A stretch of 64,000 bases of DNA, from contig OZ281500.1 in assembly GCA_965637545.1 (NCBI GenBank), positions 2,914,001 through 2,978,000 of the forward strand, given 5' to 3'. The position numbers were made by a program, and so were the translations under genes. The DNA comes from Phallusia mammillata. Its lineage: Eukaryota. The notes under the pieces were generated by a model. It saw only the letters and a program-made list of their open reading frames with translations. It had not been told where the DNA came from and did not search any database. Shown one piece after another: positions 48,034 through 60,700 of the stretch; position 1 is the first letter of the stretch, and every line of letters begins with the position of its first letter.

Positions 48034-48620
48034 CAGGGTTGGGTAACGAGTCCTATTAGTCAAGTCTCACGTCAAGTCAAGTCAATGAGGTTCGAGTCGC
48101 AAGTCAAGTCAAGTAAAATGAGGTTCGAGTCAAGGCAAGTCCTAAAAAGTTCTAAAAAAGAACTTTCAAATGATTAGACATTTAGTGTTTATTACAGGAT
48201 CTTTCCCGCAAATAGTAGGCATCTTATGTCAACGATCACTGATTGTAAATGGCATTATCTGTAAGAATAATTGACGAAGCAACAGTGCTTCCTAATCAAA
48301 ATCAGTCAACAAATGTTGTTTTACGATATATATTTCACCCAAAAGGGCATCATCAGTCGTTCTGTGAAACAACGGTTGTAAAAGTAAAACAAAACAAGCA
48401 ATAAAAACTATTCAAATTACCAAAACACCAATAATTGGCGAAGCAACAGTGCTTCCTAATCAGTCAACAAGTTATTGCTGTCTTTGGTTTTCGTGCAGCT
48501 TTAGATGCAGTTCTGGCGTAGACCCTGCGTATAGTTAGCAAGAGCTTGTAGCAGGTTGCTGTTCTCCCTCTCTCTCGTTTTTTTGGTGTGTTGAGTTACT
48601 GACTCGAGTCTTCCCATCAC
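48034..48620. mobile_element. MITE-like element with internal GTCAA repeats
   Basis: CAGGGTTGGGTAACGAGTC ... GACTCGAGTCTTCCCATCACTG imperfect TIRs. Confidence 0.5.
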
Positions 48621-49639
48621 TGGGGAATCGCCAGATTGGCCCGTATATGAGTGTGCCGTGATCGCTGGTCTGCATCAACGCTTCAGGGCTGATCCCAGTT
48701 ATACATTTATGTATATCTTAACCCAAACCGATGATGGATGTATTCGTTTAAAGACAGCTTTACCAGTTTGGTTTGTAACTAGTAGATCCTTTGGGTAAAT
48801 GCTCAGAAAACGATTTAGATACAATTTTACACCCTAATATTTTGACTTTCCAAATTGCAAACATTAAGAAGCATTGCATTTATCAAATTTATCCAAAATA
48901 ACTACAATAGTTAGTCTGTAATGTTCTGAAAACAAGTGGTGGAGTAAAGTTGATAAGCACTGCATCAATTTTAAAGACCCACTTGTAACGTTTGCACTGT
49001 ATTTGTCCACGAGCTTTTTTCTAGATAATTTGTTGTAGGAAAGTGTGTGGTAGGCCTATTCTCGCTCGGCTGATGTTGTGTTAATATAGAAGAAATTCTA
49101 CTTACACCATAACTCACGTCAGTCCCACATGTAACTAATTTTCGATAGGTGGCGCAATAAGCATAAATTCTACTGAAAACGGTATATCTCCAAATATGCT
49201 GACTGTTAGGCCTATTAGGGTTGAGGTTAGGTATTATTATGTAAAGTTCAATGAAACTAAAAAATATTAGTTCGTAAAAATATTAGTAAATTTATCAAAA
49301 ACCTACTTTCCAACCTTACCTCTCGTTAGCCGCTAATTAAATAATTCAGCTCCTGTGCCACCTATCGAAAATTAGCTAAATGACGTGAGTTATAGAGCAC
49401 AGTGTTGTGGTTCCGCTTCATGTACTGTCCTTAAGGCAGTAATCGCGTACGCGCATTCCATAGTCACGTGATTCATTAATTGTACCGCATTCATTACTAT
49501 TTTGCTTGTGGTGATTACTATTCGTGTGTGCTATGTAAATTGCCAATTATCCAAGCTATAAATGCTTGTTTCATTTATTCGTTAATCATTCTATTTTACT
49601 CTTCGAGCGAACAATACAAAGAAATACAACAGAGTTAAT

Positions 49640-49657
49640 TGGCGACGAGGATGGGAT
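49640..49657 (+). other. Primer-binding site complementary to the tRNA-Ser(GCT) 3' end
   Basis: TGGCGACGAGGATGGGAT is the reverse complement of ...ATCCCATCCTCGTCGCCA, the conserved metazoan tRNA-Ser(GCT) terminus as I recall it. Confidence 0.75.
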
Positions 49658-49712
49658 CTACCAACTGAACGAGTTATACGCAGTTTGGTATCGAAGATAG
49701 TTCTTTTCAACG

Positions 49713-52700
49713 ATGGAGAAAATTGCAAAGCTGATGCAAGAACAACTACAAGAGCAGCAAAGACGCCATGATGAACAAATGAAGTTAATTCTCGCCCTAG
49801 TTGAGAAAGCTGGTTCAAGTCACAACGCTGCACCTTCCGTTGCTACGCCCAGCTTTGCCTCATTCGACTCAATATCGGAGCTATGGGACGACTACTGGTC
49901 GAGGTTTACAACGTTTATACAGGCACATGCTGTACCAGAAACGAGAGTGGCTCAAGTTTTTCTTACCAATCAAACCCCTGTGACGTACAAGCTTCTATCC
50001 AATCTGGCTGGTCAAAGCTCTCCAGTCAAGACTGTGAACGATCTTTCAATCAAAGAAATTGAAGGTTTCATGAAGGAACAGTTCGATCCGAAAAGGTTTG
50101 TTATTCGGGAACGCTTTAAGTTTTGGAGCAACATGCAACGCAAGCCCGGGGAAACAGTGCAAGAGTTAGCTGCACGCATTCGTCACGACGCAGGCACGTG
50201 CGATTTTCCTTCAATTAAAGACCCGCTGGACGAAGCGTTGCGTACAAGGTTCATTTGCTCTATAGGTAACGAAGCAGTGCTAAAGGCAATCTTCAAAATC
50301 AACGCCGATGAGTTGACATTTACACGTGCTATTGAAGTTGCAATGCAAACCGAAGACGCTGCAAAGGTTGCAAAGGAAACCGTGTATGGAACTCGCGGAT
50401 CGGTACACAAGGTACGGGATGCAAAGAAAGGTTTTAGTACGTCCACACCTACAAATGACAAGTTTAGAAAGAATACAACTTGTTACCGATGTGGAAAACC
50501 TGATCACCTGGCACTCGATTGCCGCTATAAAAGAGCCACTTGCAAATTCTGTAAACGTATAGGCCATTTGGAAAGTGTTTGCAGAAAGAAACAGGCGTCT
50601 GTTTCGCCTGTTCAACATGTGAATTCACTGCTTTCGATGAAGCCAGAAGCAGATTTCAGTCCGAAACTCGATGTAACCGTTAGCATAAACGGCAAAACTT
50701 GTCGGTTAGAGGTTGACACAGCAACAAGCGGAAATTTCATTTCAGTCAATTTCTGGAAGAAAATTGGGAAACCGAGTTTGAAGGAAACCAATCAGCGTTT
50801 CAACTCTGCAACGGAACATCTGGTACCGATACTGGGCGCATTCGAAGCTGAAGTCAAACACAGGACAACCACATGTAGTCTTACGATGTTTGTCTCCGAA
50901 ATGCCGCATTTAAATTTACTTGGTCGATGCGGAATCGAGGCGTTGCCCATATCATTGGACAAGTTACTTTATCGCACCGACGATAAGGTAAACGTATTAT
51001 CTGACGCCAGCAACCAAGCAGACGAATCATTACAACGTGCTTGCAAAAAGCTTTGCGAGGAATATCCAGACCTTTTCAAGGAAGATTTGGGGTGTTTGAA
51101 GGATTTTGCACTAGAAGTAAAATTCACTAACGACGTAAAGCCCATTTTCTGCAAGCCAAGACCTGTTCCATTTGCTCTACAGGATGACGTAAATCAAGCA
51201 TACGATGCTGGCATCGCAAAAGGTATTTGGACTCCGGCGAAATTTAACGAGTGGGGAACACCAGTAGTTCCTATACGAAAGTCACCACTTCCCGGACAAA
51301 CCAAAGCCAAGATTCGAGTTTGCGGAGACTATTCTGTAACAGTTAACCCGCAGTTATCTACACACCGCCATCCACTTCCTCTTCCAGAAGACTTGATGCG
51401 CAAGTTGCGTGGTGGTTACGGTTTTACAAAGATTGATTTAGCTGATGCCTACAACCAAATCCGGTTGGGGCCAGAGAGCCGAAAGCGACTAGCTATTAGT
51501 ACACACCGTGGGGTGCTACTGCAAAATGTTTTATCATTCGGTATAACATCTGCTCCTGGTTATTTTCAATCAATCATGGAAGAGATTACAAGCGATCTAC
51601 AAGGTGTTACAGTTTATCTCGATGATCTTTTAGTTAGCGGATCAACGGCTGAAGAGCATGTTTACAATCTTCGCCAACTTCTTGAACGGCTTAACGACAA
51701 AGGTCTACGCTGTCGTTTAGAAAAATGTAAATTCGCGCTACCACAAGTGGAATACTTGGGTCATATTTTGTCAAAAGATGGCATTTCCAAAGGATCGAAG
51801 GTGGATGCCGTTATAAATATGTCATCACCAAAAGATGTGTCAAGCTTACGTTCTTTCCTTGGTTCCGTTCAATTCTACAGCAAGTTTCTGCCATCACAAT
51901 TTTGCAAGCTGCATTTTGCAAAATGAAAGAATTGCTGTCAGCTGATACAGTTCTGACACATTTTGACCCTACTTTACCTATTGGCATTTCCTGCGATGCA
52001 TCAAATGTTGGAATTGGAGCAGTTTTGTTTCACCGCTATCAAGATGGAAGCGAGAGACCAATTGCCAACGTATCCAAATCACTAACTAAAAGCCAGCGCA
52101 ACTACAGCCAAATTCAGAAAGAGGCTCTCGCTATAATCTTCGCGCTGAAGAAATTCTATCAATATATATATATATGGTAGGAAATTTATTCTACTGACAG
52201 ACCACAAGCCACTGCTGGCATTATTCTGTCCTAATAAAGCTACGCCGGCTCTAGCTGCAAATCGCTTAGCAAGGTGGGCACTTTTTCTTGGCCAATTTCA
52301 ATACGTCATTGAATATCGAAAGACATCGCAACATCAAAATGCAGATGCACTCAGTCGGTTACCTGTTGGTGAGGATGCTGACTTCGACAGGGAGGAAAGT
52401 GCACATGACACCGACACTGTTTGTGCAATTACCAGTCTTAGTTTACAAGTGCAACCCACCGATTCGGCGTTACTCCGAAAGGAAAGTGGAAAAGATCCAA
52501 CCTTATCCAAAGTGATGCGTTTTACGAGAGAAGGTTGGCCATCTACTATTGCATACAACGATCCAGTTGCAAAGTTTCGCAAGGTTATGGATTCGTTGAG
52601 CACCAGTTATGGGTGTCTACTGTATGGTTCACGATTGGTTATACCAGAATCACTTCGTTCTGCTGTTCTACAGATCGTTCATCAAGGACATTTTGGGATT

Positions 52701-53723
52701 CAACGAATGAAGCAACTGGCAAGAACTGCAGTCTATTGGCCAAATATCGATGACGACATTACTGTTCTTTGCCACAAGTGCCAGACTTGTGCTGAACATC
52801 AAAACGCTCCGCCAAAGGCACCTGTACATCCATGGATGATGCCGGAAAAGCCATGGAGTCGCTTACACATCGATCACGCAGTTAACTTTCTGGGAAGTAA
52901 CTGGCTTGTGATGATAGATGCTCACTCAAAATACCCGTGTATACACCAAACGCAATCTATGTCATCGAGAACAACTATGGAGTTGTTGGAACAAGATTTT
53001 GCCCATTTCGGTTACCCTCATACTATTGTTTCCGACAATGCACAAGCTTTTATGTCTGCCGAATTTCAAGACTTCTGTAAACAAAGGGGCATCGTTCATC
53101 TGACCGGAGCTCCATACTTTCCTGCTACAAATGGCGCTGCAGAACGATTAGTGCAAACTTTCAAAAAGGCACTTAAGAAGTCTTCTAAACCTCCTAAAGA
53201 AGCGTTACAAGAGTTTCTACTGCAATACAGGCGTATTCCAAACGCCAGTGGATTTTCCCCAAGTGAACTACTTAACGGCAGACAAATTCGGGCGAAAATA
53301 GATACTCTGTTGCCTTCGCCAGCACATCTGATGCAACGTAAGCAAGTGCAAGCAACACGAAAACCCGTGAACATCACTTCTTTCAACATTGGAGACCCAT
53401 GTTACGCTTTGTATCTTGGTCCAAGACGTACCGAGGATGCTCGCTGGGTTCCTGCCACGATTATTAAACTGTGTGGAAGTCGTACATTTCATGTTAAAGT
53501 TCTTCCACGTGGTCCAAATTGGAGACGTCATATCGACCAACTACGCGCTCGATACGCGTCCGACGAGGATTTGGAACCGGGAGCGGCAGAAAATATTCCG
53601 CAGGCTCCTACTGCTAGTGCAGATTCAGACATGCCACTGAATCGTCGCTCTTCTTTATTCGGTCCCGACAATCCACGACGAACGAAGAGATCGCGTAAAC
53701 CTCCCGAGCGATTTCACTTCTAA
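49713..53723 (+). pseudogene. Mag-like gag-pol with a deletion near 51900 and a (TA)n frameshift near 52170
   Basis: ORFs 49713-51926, 51902-52180 and 52449-53723; about 30 codons are missing between KFLPSQF and QAAFCKMK. Confidence 0.88.
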
Positions 53724-54706
53724 TCTGAGGGGGGATTCTGATCTGCGAAGGGGAGGTGTTGTGGTTCCGCTTCATGTACTGTCCTTAAGGCAGTAATCGC
53801 GTACGCGCATTCCATAGTCACGTGATTCATTAATTGTACCGCATTCATTACTATTTTGCTTGTGGTGATTACTATTCGTGTGTGCTATGTAAATTGCCAA
53901 TTATCCAAGCTATAAATGCTTGTTTCATTTATTCGTTAATCATTCTATTTTACTCTTCGAGCGAACAATACAAAGAAATACAACACATAGTATACTCATA
54001 CATGGTACACATTTTTAAGATGTGTCTCCGACGGACTGACGTTGTCCTTTAGTCTGTATGTTTGTTTGCCTGCCTCGGTTGGTACAATGCCAAATTTTGC
54101 CACAATAAATCCAAACCTCAGTCTTAATATAACAGAATCATTGCAGATAACAGAATTAGCTAAATCTTTTTTACACATCAGCCAAAAATGTTGCTGAACA
54201 CAACGTAGTTTTTGTGAATATGAAGAAATCTTATGCCCTTTTATTGCATCACTGTTTGCCTTTTTAACTTTAATACACTAAAACCAATAGACTGTAAATC
54301 CTTGGTTAAACAGAATCAGTCGGTTTTAAATGAAGGAATATATATTTCGCCTATGTGGCATCATCAGTTCCTGTAACCGAAATACAATACGATATAAAAA
54401 TGATTGCTAAAACAAACACGCTAAAATAAATAAAAGCAGTAAAACACTAAAACAAGATTTTACTGTTTCAAACTGTCAACGCTGTCTGAACCAACCTCAA
54501 ACACAAACAGAACAAGCGAAAACTCCGGGCACTGAATCAAGGGAGAAAAAATCACGAATGGAATTAGCATCGATCAACTGTTAACCTCTAACATCCGCAA
54601 TATACTGAGAAATTTTACTTAACTGAAGCAAAATGTGTTACTCTTGTATGTTAACGTGTACGTATAACTCTTGGCTGGACAAAAACAACTGGTCCAGTTT
54701 CGGCCT

Positions 54707-57700
54707 TCAGTGGTATTGCCGTTTGAACACGGCATTGGAGAATGCGTTCTCGGGGGTCACAAGTTCTCGACACAGGGGATTATTTTCCGCGCTTTTCTTC
54801 AAGTTATACACGCCAACCGAAACCCCGGCCGGCTTGTAAAAGTTTTGCTTCATTTGAGCGTCTTTCAGTTTAGACGAGTCAACCGCCTTGCCGCCGTCGA
54901 TGCAAAGCTCGGCAAGGTTCTCGTTGGCCTGTTGCAGTGAATTTACCTTTCGCCTCATCCGATCGTAACCGAACGTCTCGATTTTCTTCCACAAGGTGAC
55001 GTTAAAGTGATCAAACAAGGCGGCGTCGACTTTGTTCCACGCTCTTGCCTTTTGACGCACGCGTGCCTTGACTTCTAGACCAAGTTTATCGCGTTTTCGT
55101 GAGTTTAAACTTAAACAAGCGACTTCCTCAATTGACCAGCAGAGGGCGTCGCTGAGCAGCACCATGGATTCCTGGTAATGGTCGGCGATAAGTATAAGCT
55201 CGAAGCGCTGCTCGATTTCTTTTATCATTTTCTCGATGAAGTTTTGATTTTGGTTCATGTTGTCGTACCCAAAATCGTAGGCGGTTGGATTTTTGGCGAA
55301 GAACCAGTAACTGCTTCGCGGGCTCGTCTCAAAGAATTCTTGAGCGTTGTCGAGCCACTTCTCGGGCGATTCTCCGTGTTTGACTCGTTTGAAGGCAGGG
55401 ACGATCTGCCAGAGATAATCGAACGTGGACTCAAAAAGGGAGCCTGGTTCCCTCATGATTGAGAAGTAGAAGGAATCCGCTGGCATCACATCACGCACGG
55501 CATCATGGTTGTATCGCATGTGGTGACAGAGAATGTTGAACTTCTCCTTTCCTGTAAATAACCGCATGTTGACATGTTAGGGATAGTCGTATAGTAAAGG
55601 ACACTTCTACGACTGCGCCCACCCATGGCATTTTGTTCAATTATAGATCTGTGTTTGCACAGAGCTGAAGTATGGGTCCTACGAATAAAAAAGTTTTACC
55701 ACAAATGTAACAAAGTGTAAGGCAGGGGTGTCAAACGTGCGGCCCTTCAGGAGTTTCTATGATGCCAACGAAGAAACTTTGAGGAATTATGTGTTTTACT
55801 CAGGCGGAATACCCTGTCAGACCATTGAGTTCACATCGTACGATTAATCTCTATTAGTGATATATGCAACGTTTTGATAGGTTCATCGCAATAACCTATT
55901 TTTAGAATCAGCAGTTGCGATTTTTGCGTCATTGTATGCCATTGTTTCATTGTATGCCAAAGCAACGAAATACAGCTGGTTCTTTCACTCTGCTACACTG
56001 TAAACCTGGTTGTTATTAAATACAGCATTGTTTTTTTACTGCAGTAAGTGGCATTAATGATTTTTTTATTTTTTACTCATGTAAATTTTCTTGTCATGTT
56101 ACACTGTAACAAATGTTTCCATAGTGCGACCCTCGATGTTTGTTTTTGGCCCTCTATGTTGTTGTTTTTTCACGGTTTCGAATCCAGACACTCCCAAGCC
56201 CGAATAAAAAAGTTAGATTTACCGAACTAAACTAATAATTACTGATTTTAAACTGATTTACCAAACAGCCAGTTTCATTTGTGCTGTATGCCCAGTTGTG
56301 GCATCGCACAGACTGGGTGATGTATGGTGTTGTACCCTGTTGCTCACCACAAACTGGAGTGCCGTTTGATGGCTACACTAGCCAATGCGGCCGATCTCTC
56401 GTCACCAGCTGCACTGATGAGACCTTATAGGTCGAAACAGTGTGCACTGTCTGCAGCTTACATACACTATATTGTGTGTTAATTTCTTCATCGTTGCTAT
56501 GTAGCGACAATTAACTCCGCATAGCGATTCTCGGAGTGCTGCGAGGAGCCTAAAGTATTTTCACAATCTTTAAAGGTCACATTGTGAAACTTTGTGACGA
56601 CAAAACAGTCCTTTGTTTGAATACACTATTAACTAAACCGCGATTGTTTGCGCACAATTATCTCTACGACGTAATAAACTGAATTATAAATCATTATGAA
56701 ATAATCCTGCAAAACTAGATAAACTGTTTTTATATGTCCTTGTGTCAACACACTCTCGAGTAAATTAATGTTTAGTGCCCAATTCAAACTTTTGTTTTGC
56801 TGACAGAAACTTTCGGCTTAAACAAATTTGTTCATCTTGGACCACGATTTCCTCATTATCTATAACCAAAATAGGCAAAGACATGTTGCATTTGCATTAT
56901 TGACAGAACATATGTGTCCGGACCTTAGGTATTTTTACCTTTTCTATCTGGACCTTTAACAAAACTAATTGAGTAGCCTGCTTCGTAGACTTCATACACA
57001 CAGACCAGGCTACTCAATTAGTTTTGTGAAAGGTCCGGATAGAAAAAGTAAAAACACCAAAGGTCCGGACACGTATGTAAGTAATGCAAATACAATATGT
57101 ATTCGCTTATTTTGACTATAGGCGGGGTTGCCATTGACCAAAACGCCAAAATAAGGACAACCGAAAAATTAAATTTTCATACGAAACGAAAGAAACGTTT
57201 TGAACAAATCTTTGCATTGATACGAGCCATGACATATCCAAAGCCATATATTTTTTCTAGAAACAATCAGTTCCAGCAACTCCTTGTTCGTAGAAAATAC
57301 TTCGTGCATCTTAAGATCGCAATTACGACATCTCAGATCTAGGTTTACTTTTCCTGTAGCAGGGATTTGACAGTCATTTTACTAAGTTTGTTCCTTGTAA
57401 TTGTTAAAAATAAGATAAAATATGGACTCAGGCCAAAAATAAGGACATTTCTAAGAAGTAGGGACAATAAATTTTGCTAAGACCAGACATGGGGCAATTC
57501 GTATTCGTCATTCGTATTCGAATGCATTCGAATACAGGTTTTGCCACCTTCGTGCTGTATTCGAATGATTTTGGCTTTCGTTCGATGGGGCATGAATACA
57601 ATTCGAATATAGTTGATGTTATCTTTTGAACCAACAATTCATGAATACAAAAGCTTGGGTAAATTTATTTGAATACAATTCGAATTGTTGTCGGCCTTTG

Positions 57701-60700
57701 ACAAGGTAACAATTCGTAAAATCGAATACATGACTACATTTGTACGAATACAATTCGAATTGTTGTCAGCCTGTGGTTACGTAACAACGTAACAAGGCAA
57801 CGTAAGATACATAAATTCGAATACATGACTACATTTTTACGAATACAATTCGAATTGTCGATTACCTCCAGACTAGGAGTAGTCGAGAATATTTTGCTAC
57901 ATATTTTTGCCAAATAGATTCGAATACAATTCAAATTGGCAGTGAATGTGACCTGTTTTGACAAGTTTTTGTTAATGTTACGAAACAATGACACATGGAA
58001 GTTTAATGGTGATGTTATATAAATGGAATTGTGTTACAAAGCTTGCAACATTGGGTTGTTCTCAGCACATGACAGGTGTAGCGTGTTCATGAAGCAAACA
58101 TCTCATGTAAATTTGGTGAAATTTATATAACGGAGACTTAAATCAGTCAAGCTAATGTGGCAACAAAAAGCTCGTTGATTTACTTTTTTTACCAATAAAT
58201 TTGCAATTCATGAACCCATGTTACTTTTTGATCGAATACATTTTAAGTTTCAGGGCGCTTTTATGTATTTTATTTTCCGCAACTACAAATATCCGAATCG
58301 GTGCATTCGAATGCTATTCGAATTGTTTGCTTCTTACAACAAGTGAACAATTCGTGAATACAAATAACTAGAACTATTAATTCGAATACAATTCGAATTG
58401 CTACATCTCACCAAGGACGAAGTATTCATGAATACGAATACACGCTTGGGGTTTATTCGAATAGTATTCGAATTACACGTTGTTGTTTTTTGGTCAACTA
58501 TTCATGAATACTAATACTTGACACGCTTTATTCGAATACAATTCGAATTGCTGCTACCATAACATTACGAAACAATTCGTGAATACGAATATTTGATTCG
58601 CATTATTCGAATACAATTCGAAATGCCGAACTTCAAAAAGTGCGTAGAATTCATGAATACGAATACATGCCTCGGTTTATTCGAATAGTATTCGAATTAC
58701 TTGTCATTGTAGTTTGGTCAAAAATTCATGAATACAAATACTTGACTCGTTTTATTCCAATACCATTCGAATTGCTGCCACTCAAAAATTACCAAAGTAT
58801 TCATGAATTCGAATACAATCATGCAAGTATTCGAAAAGTATTCGAATACAGGACGCCTGTATTCGACCCCATGTCTGGCTAAGACATTGCCCTTCAAAAT
58901 AAGGACAAATCTTAGAAATAAGGACGGTATGGCAACCTTGGATAATGGGAGAAATCGTGGTCCAAGATCAACACATTTGTTTAACAGAATGTTTCTGTCA
59001 GCAAAACTAAAGTTTGAATTGGTCACTAAACATAAATTTGCTTCTCGCGAGAGTATTGACACAACGACTTTTACGTCATTTCATGACATTACACGGTATA
59101 TCTGTCAAAGAAACGTTTGAATTATGTAGCAAGAATTTGGTCACACAAATAGCCAAAAACGTCATAAACGCTTAGAACTCTCACCCCTTTTATATAGGTT
59201 ATGTAGATAAAGCGCATTTGTCCAATCAACATCTCTAGGTGAATGGTCTCTTGTTTTTTAAGTCAACCACTTTAACACGCGATTTCGTAATGGAAAACTT
59301 GTATAGTGTCACAAAGGTTGACAAGCCCGTATTTGGTTTGCACGCAATGTTTTGTACTTCGCTGGAGCAAGTTCAACACCAATATCGATGCCAAATCGAG
59401 TGTAACCGGCCCCTTCTTCCTTCGAGTAAATGTATTTCTCTCTGTTTTTTTTTCAAATATTGCTGACTCGTCTTCAGTATATATAAGGTGTATGAGTTTA
59501 CTCAACCACTCAACCATTTTTAGGAAGCCAGTCAACCATTAATGCTTACCTTTTAGGTCATGAACTGTCCCTGGTTTAAACGCACCGGGATATCCAAAAT
59601 TTAATTTGCTGTTGGGCATCGCAAACGTGAGATTGTAATGTGTCCCGTACCTTAGTAGAATGTTCTGCCAGATACAAAAGAATTAACGTTCAAAACCTAA
59701 TTGTCCAAGAGTTGCTATGGTAATAATATGATGTTACAGGCAATCGTTAGTGCACCGTGTGTGATATTCACTTTCGATTAAGGTTTGGACCTTTTAAATA
59801 CCCTAATGCTTTCGCAAGCATTCCGTAAGCAGGCACTTACAAATGTTTTTCACGCTTACTTTAAGATTGCGTATTTGCTATATTAGTTGGAATGGGTTTT
59901 GGACTTCAACGAATCGTCCACCGAGTAATTCAGTGCTAATGTGAAGTATCGTGTATTGAAGTTATACATAAGCGCGTATATTATCGTACGAGTGTCTGTG
60001 ATTGCATGAACGTTTTGTTTCGTCATCGTCACCTTTTCAGTACTCGACCTCGATTGTCATTTGTCGCTATTTAACACCTTTTATGTAGGGGTTTTTGGGG
60101 AATAGTGTTAACTGGCATAGCTCTGAAACATTATGGATTTTGGGTGTTTGGTTTAGTTCAAACCAAACTGTTACACAAACATGACAATGTAATAGGGGAC
60201 GTCGGTGAAAACGTTGGAGACAATTTCGAGCTCCGTGATCTCCAACGGAACGACGAGTAACCAAATTGGTCACCGAGTTTCCACTATTTACTTGTGATGT
60301 TTGTAAAACAATGTTTTATTATTAACACATGATTAAAACAAAATTAAGTTATTTTGCCGCATGTGAAATGTACGTTGAAAGTTGATGCATGATGAATTGC
60401 TTTGAATCAATACTCGACACTCCAACTCAGTCTTCCCCATGATCACACAAACGAACCATCTGCTAAAAGAAGTTCAACAAACTAACGAGACTCCATCGCC
60501 AACATCTTTGTTCTTCATCACGTTGGATCAAAACATTCTTACCAGGTTGTTTACGATCGAGGCCGTGTAACACTGTGACGATCACCATCAAAACTACGAC
60601 GATGTTGACAGAGGTCATGCAAAGTCGATCGGAGATTGACTATGCAGGATATCTAACAACATCAATGTCATCGGCTACCACATCGTCAAACTCGCCACGC

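Larger units (their letters stand above)
49403..53985 (+). mobile_element. Mag-clade Ty3/Gypsy retrotransposon, full length, identical 229-bp LTRs
   Basis: LTRs at 49403-49631 and 53757-53985 (no difference seen); flanks CACAG/CATAG. PPT gaaggggagg. Single gag-pol with two CCHC knuckles, VDTA protease, YLDD RT, RNase H and IN. Confidence 0.95.

Noticed and set aside
54707-55567. GAL3ST as a stand-alone ORF or captured orphan exon
   Set aside because: Four upstream exons with matching phases, the TM anchor and the KTHKTASS motif were found at 59550-62613, so it is the last exon of an intact gene.
57484-58877. Heat-shock element array
   Set aside because: GAA-to-TTC spacing is mostly 4-5 nt rather than the canonical nGAAnnTTCn.
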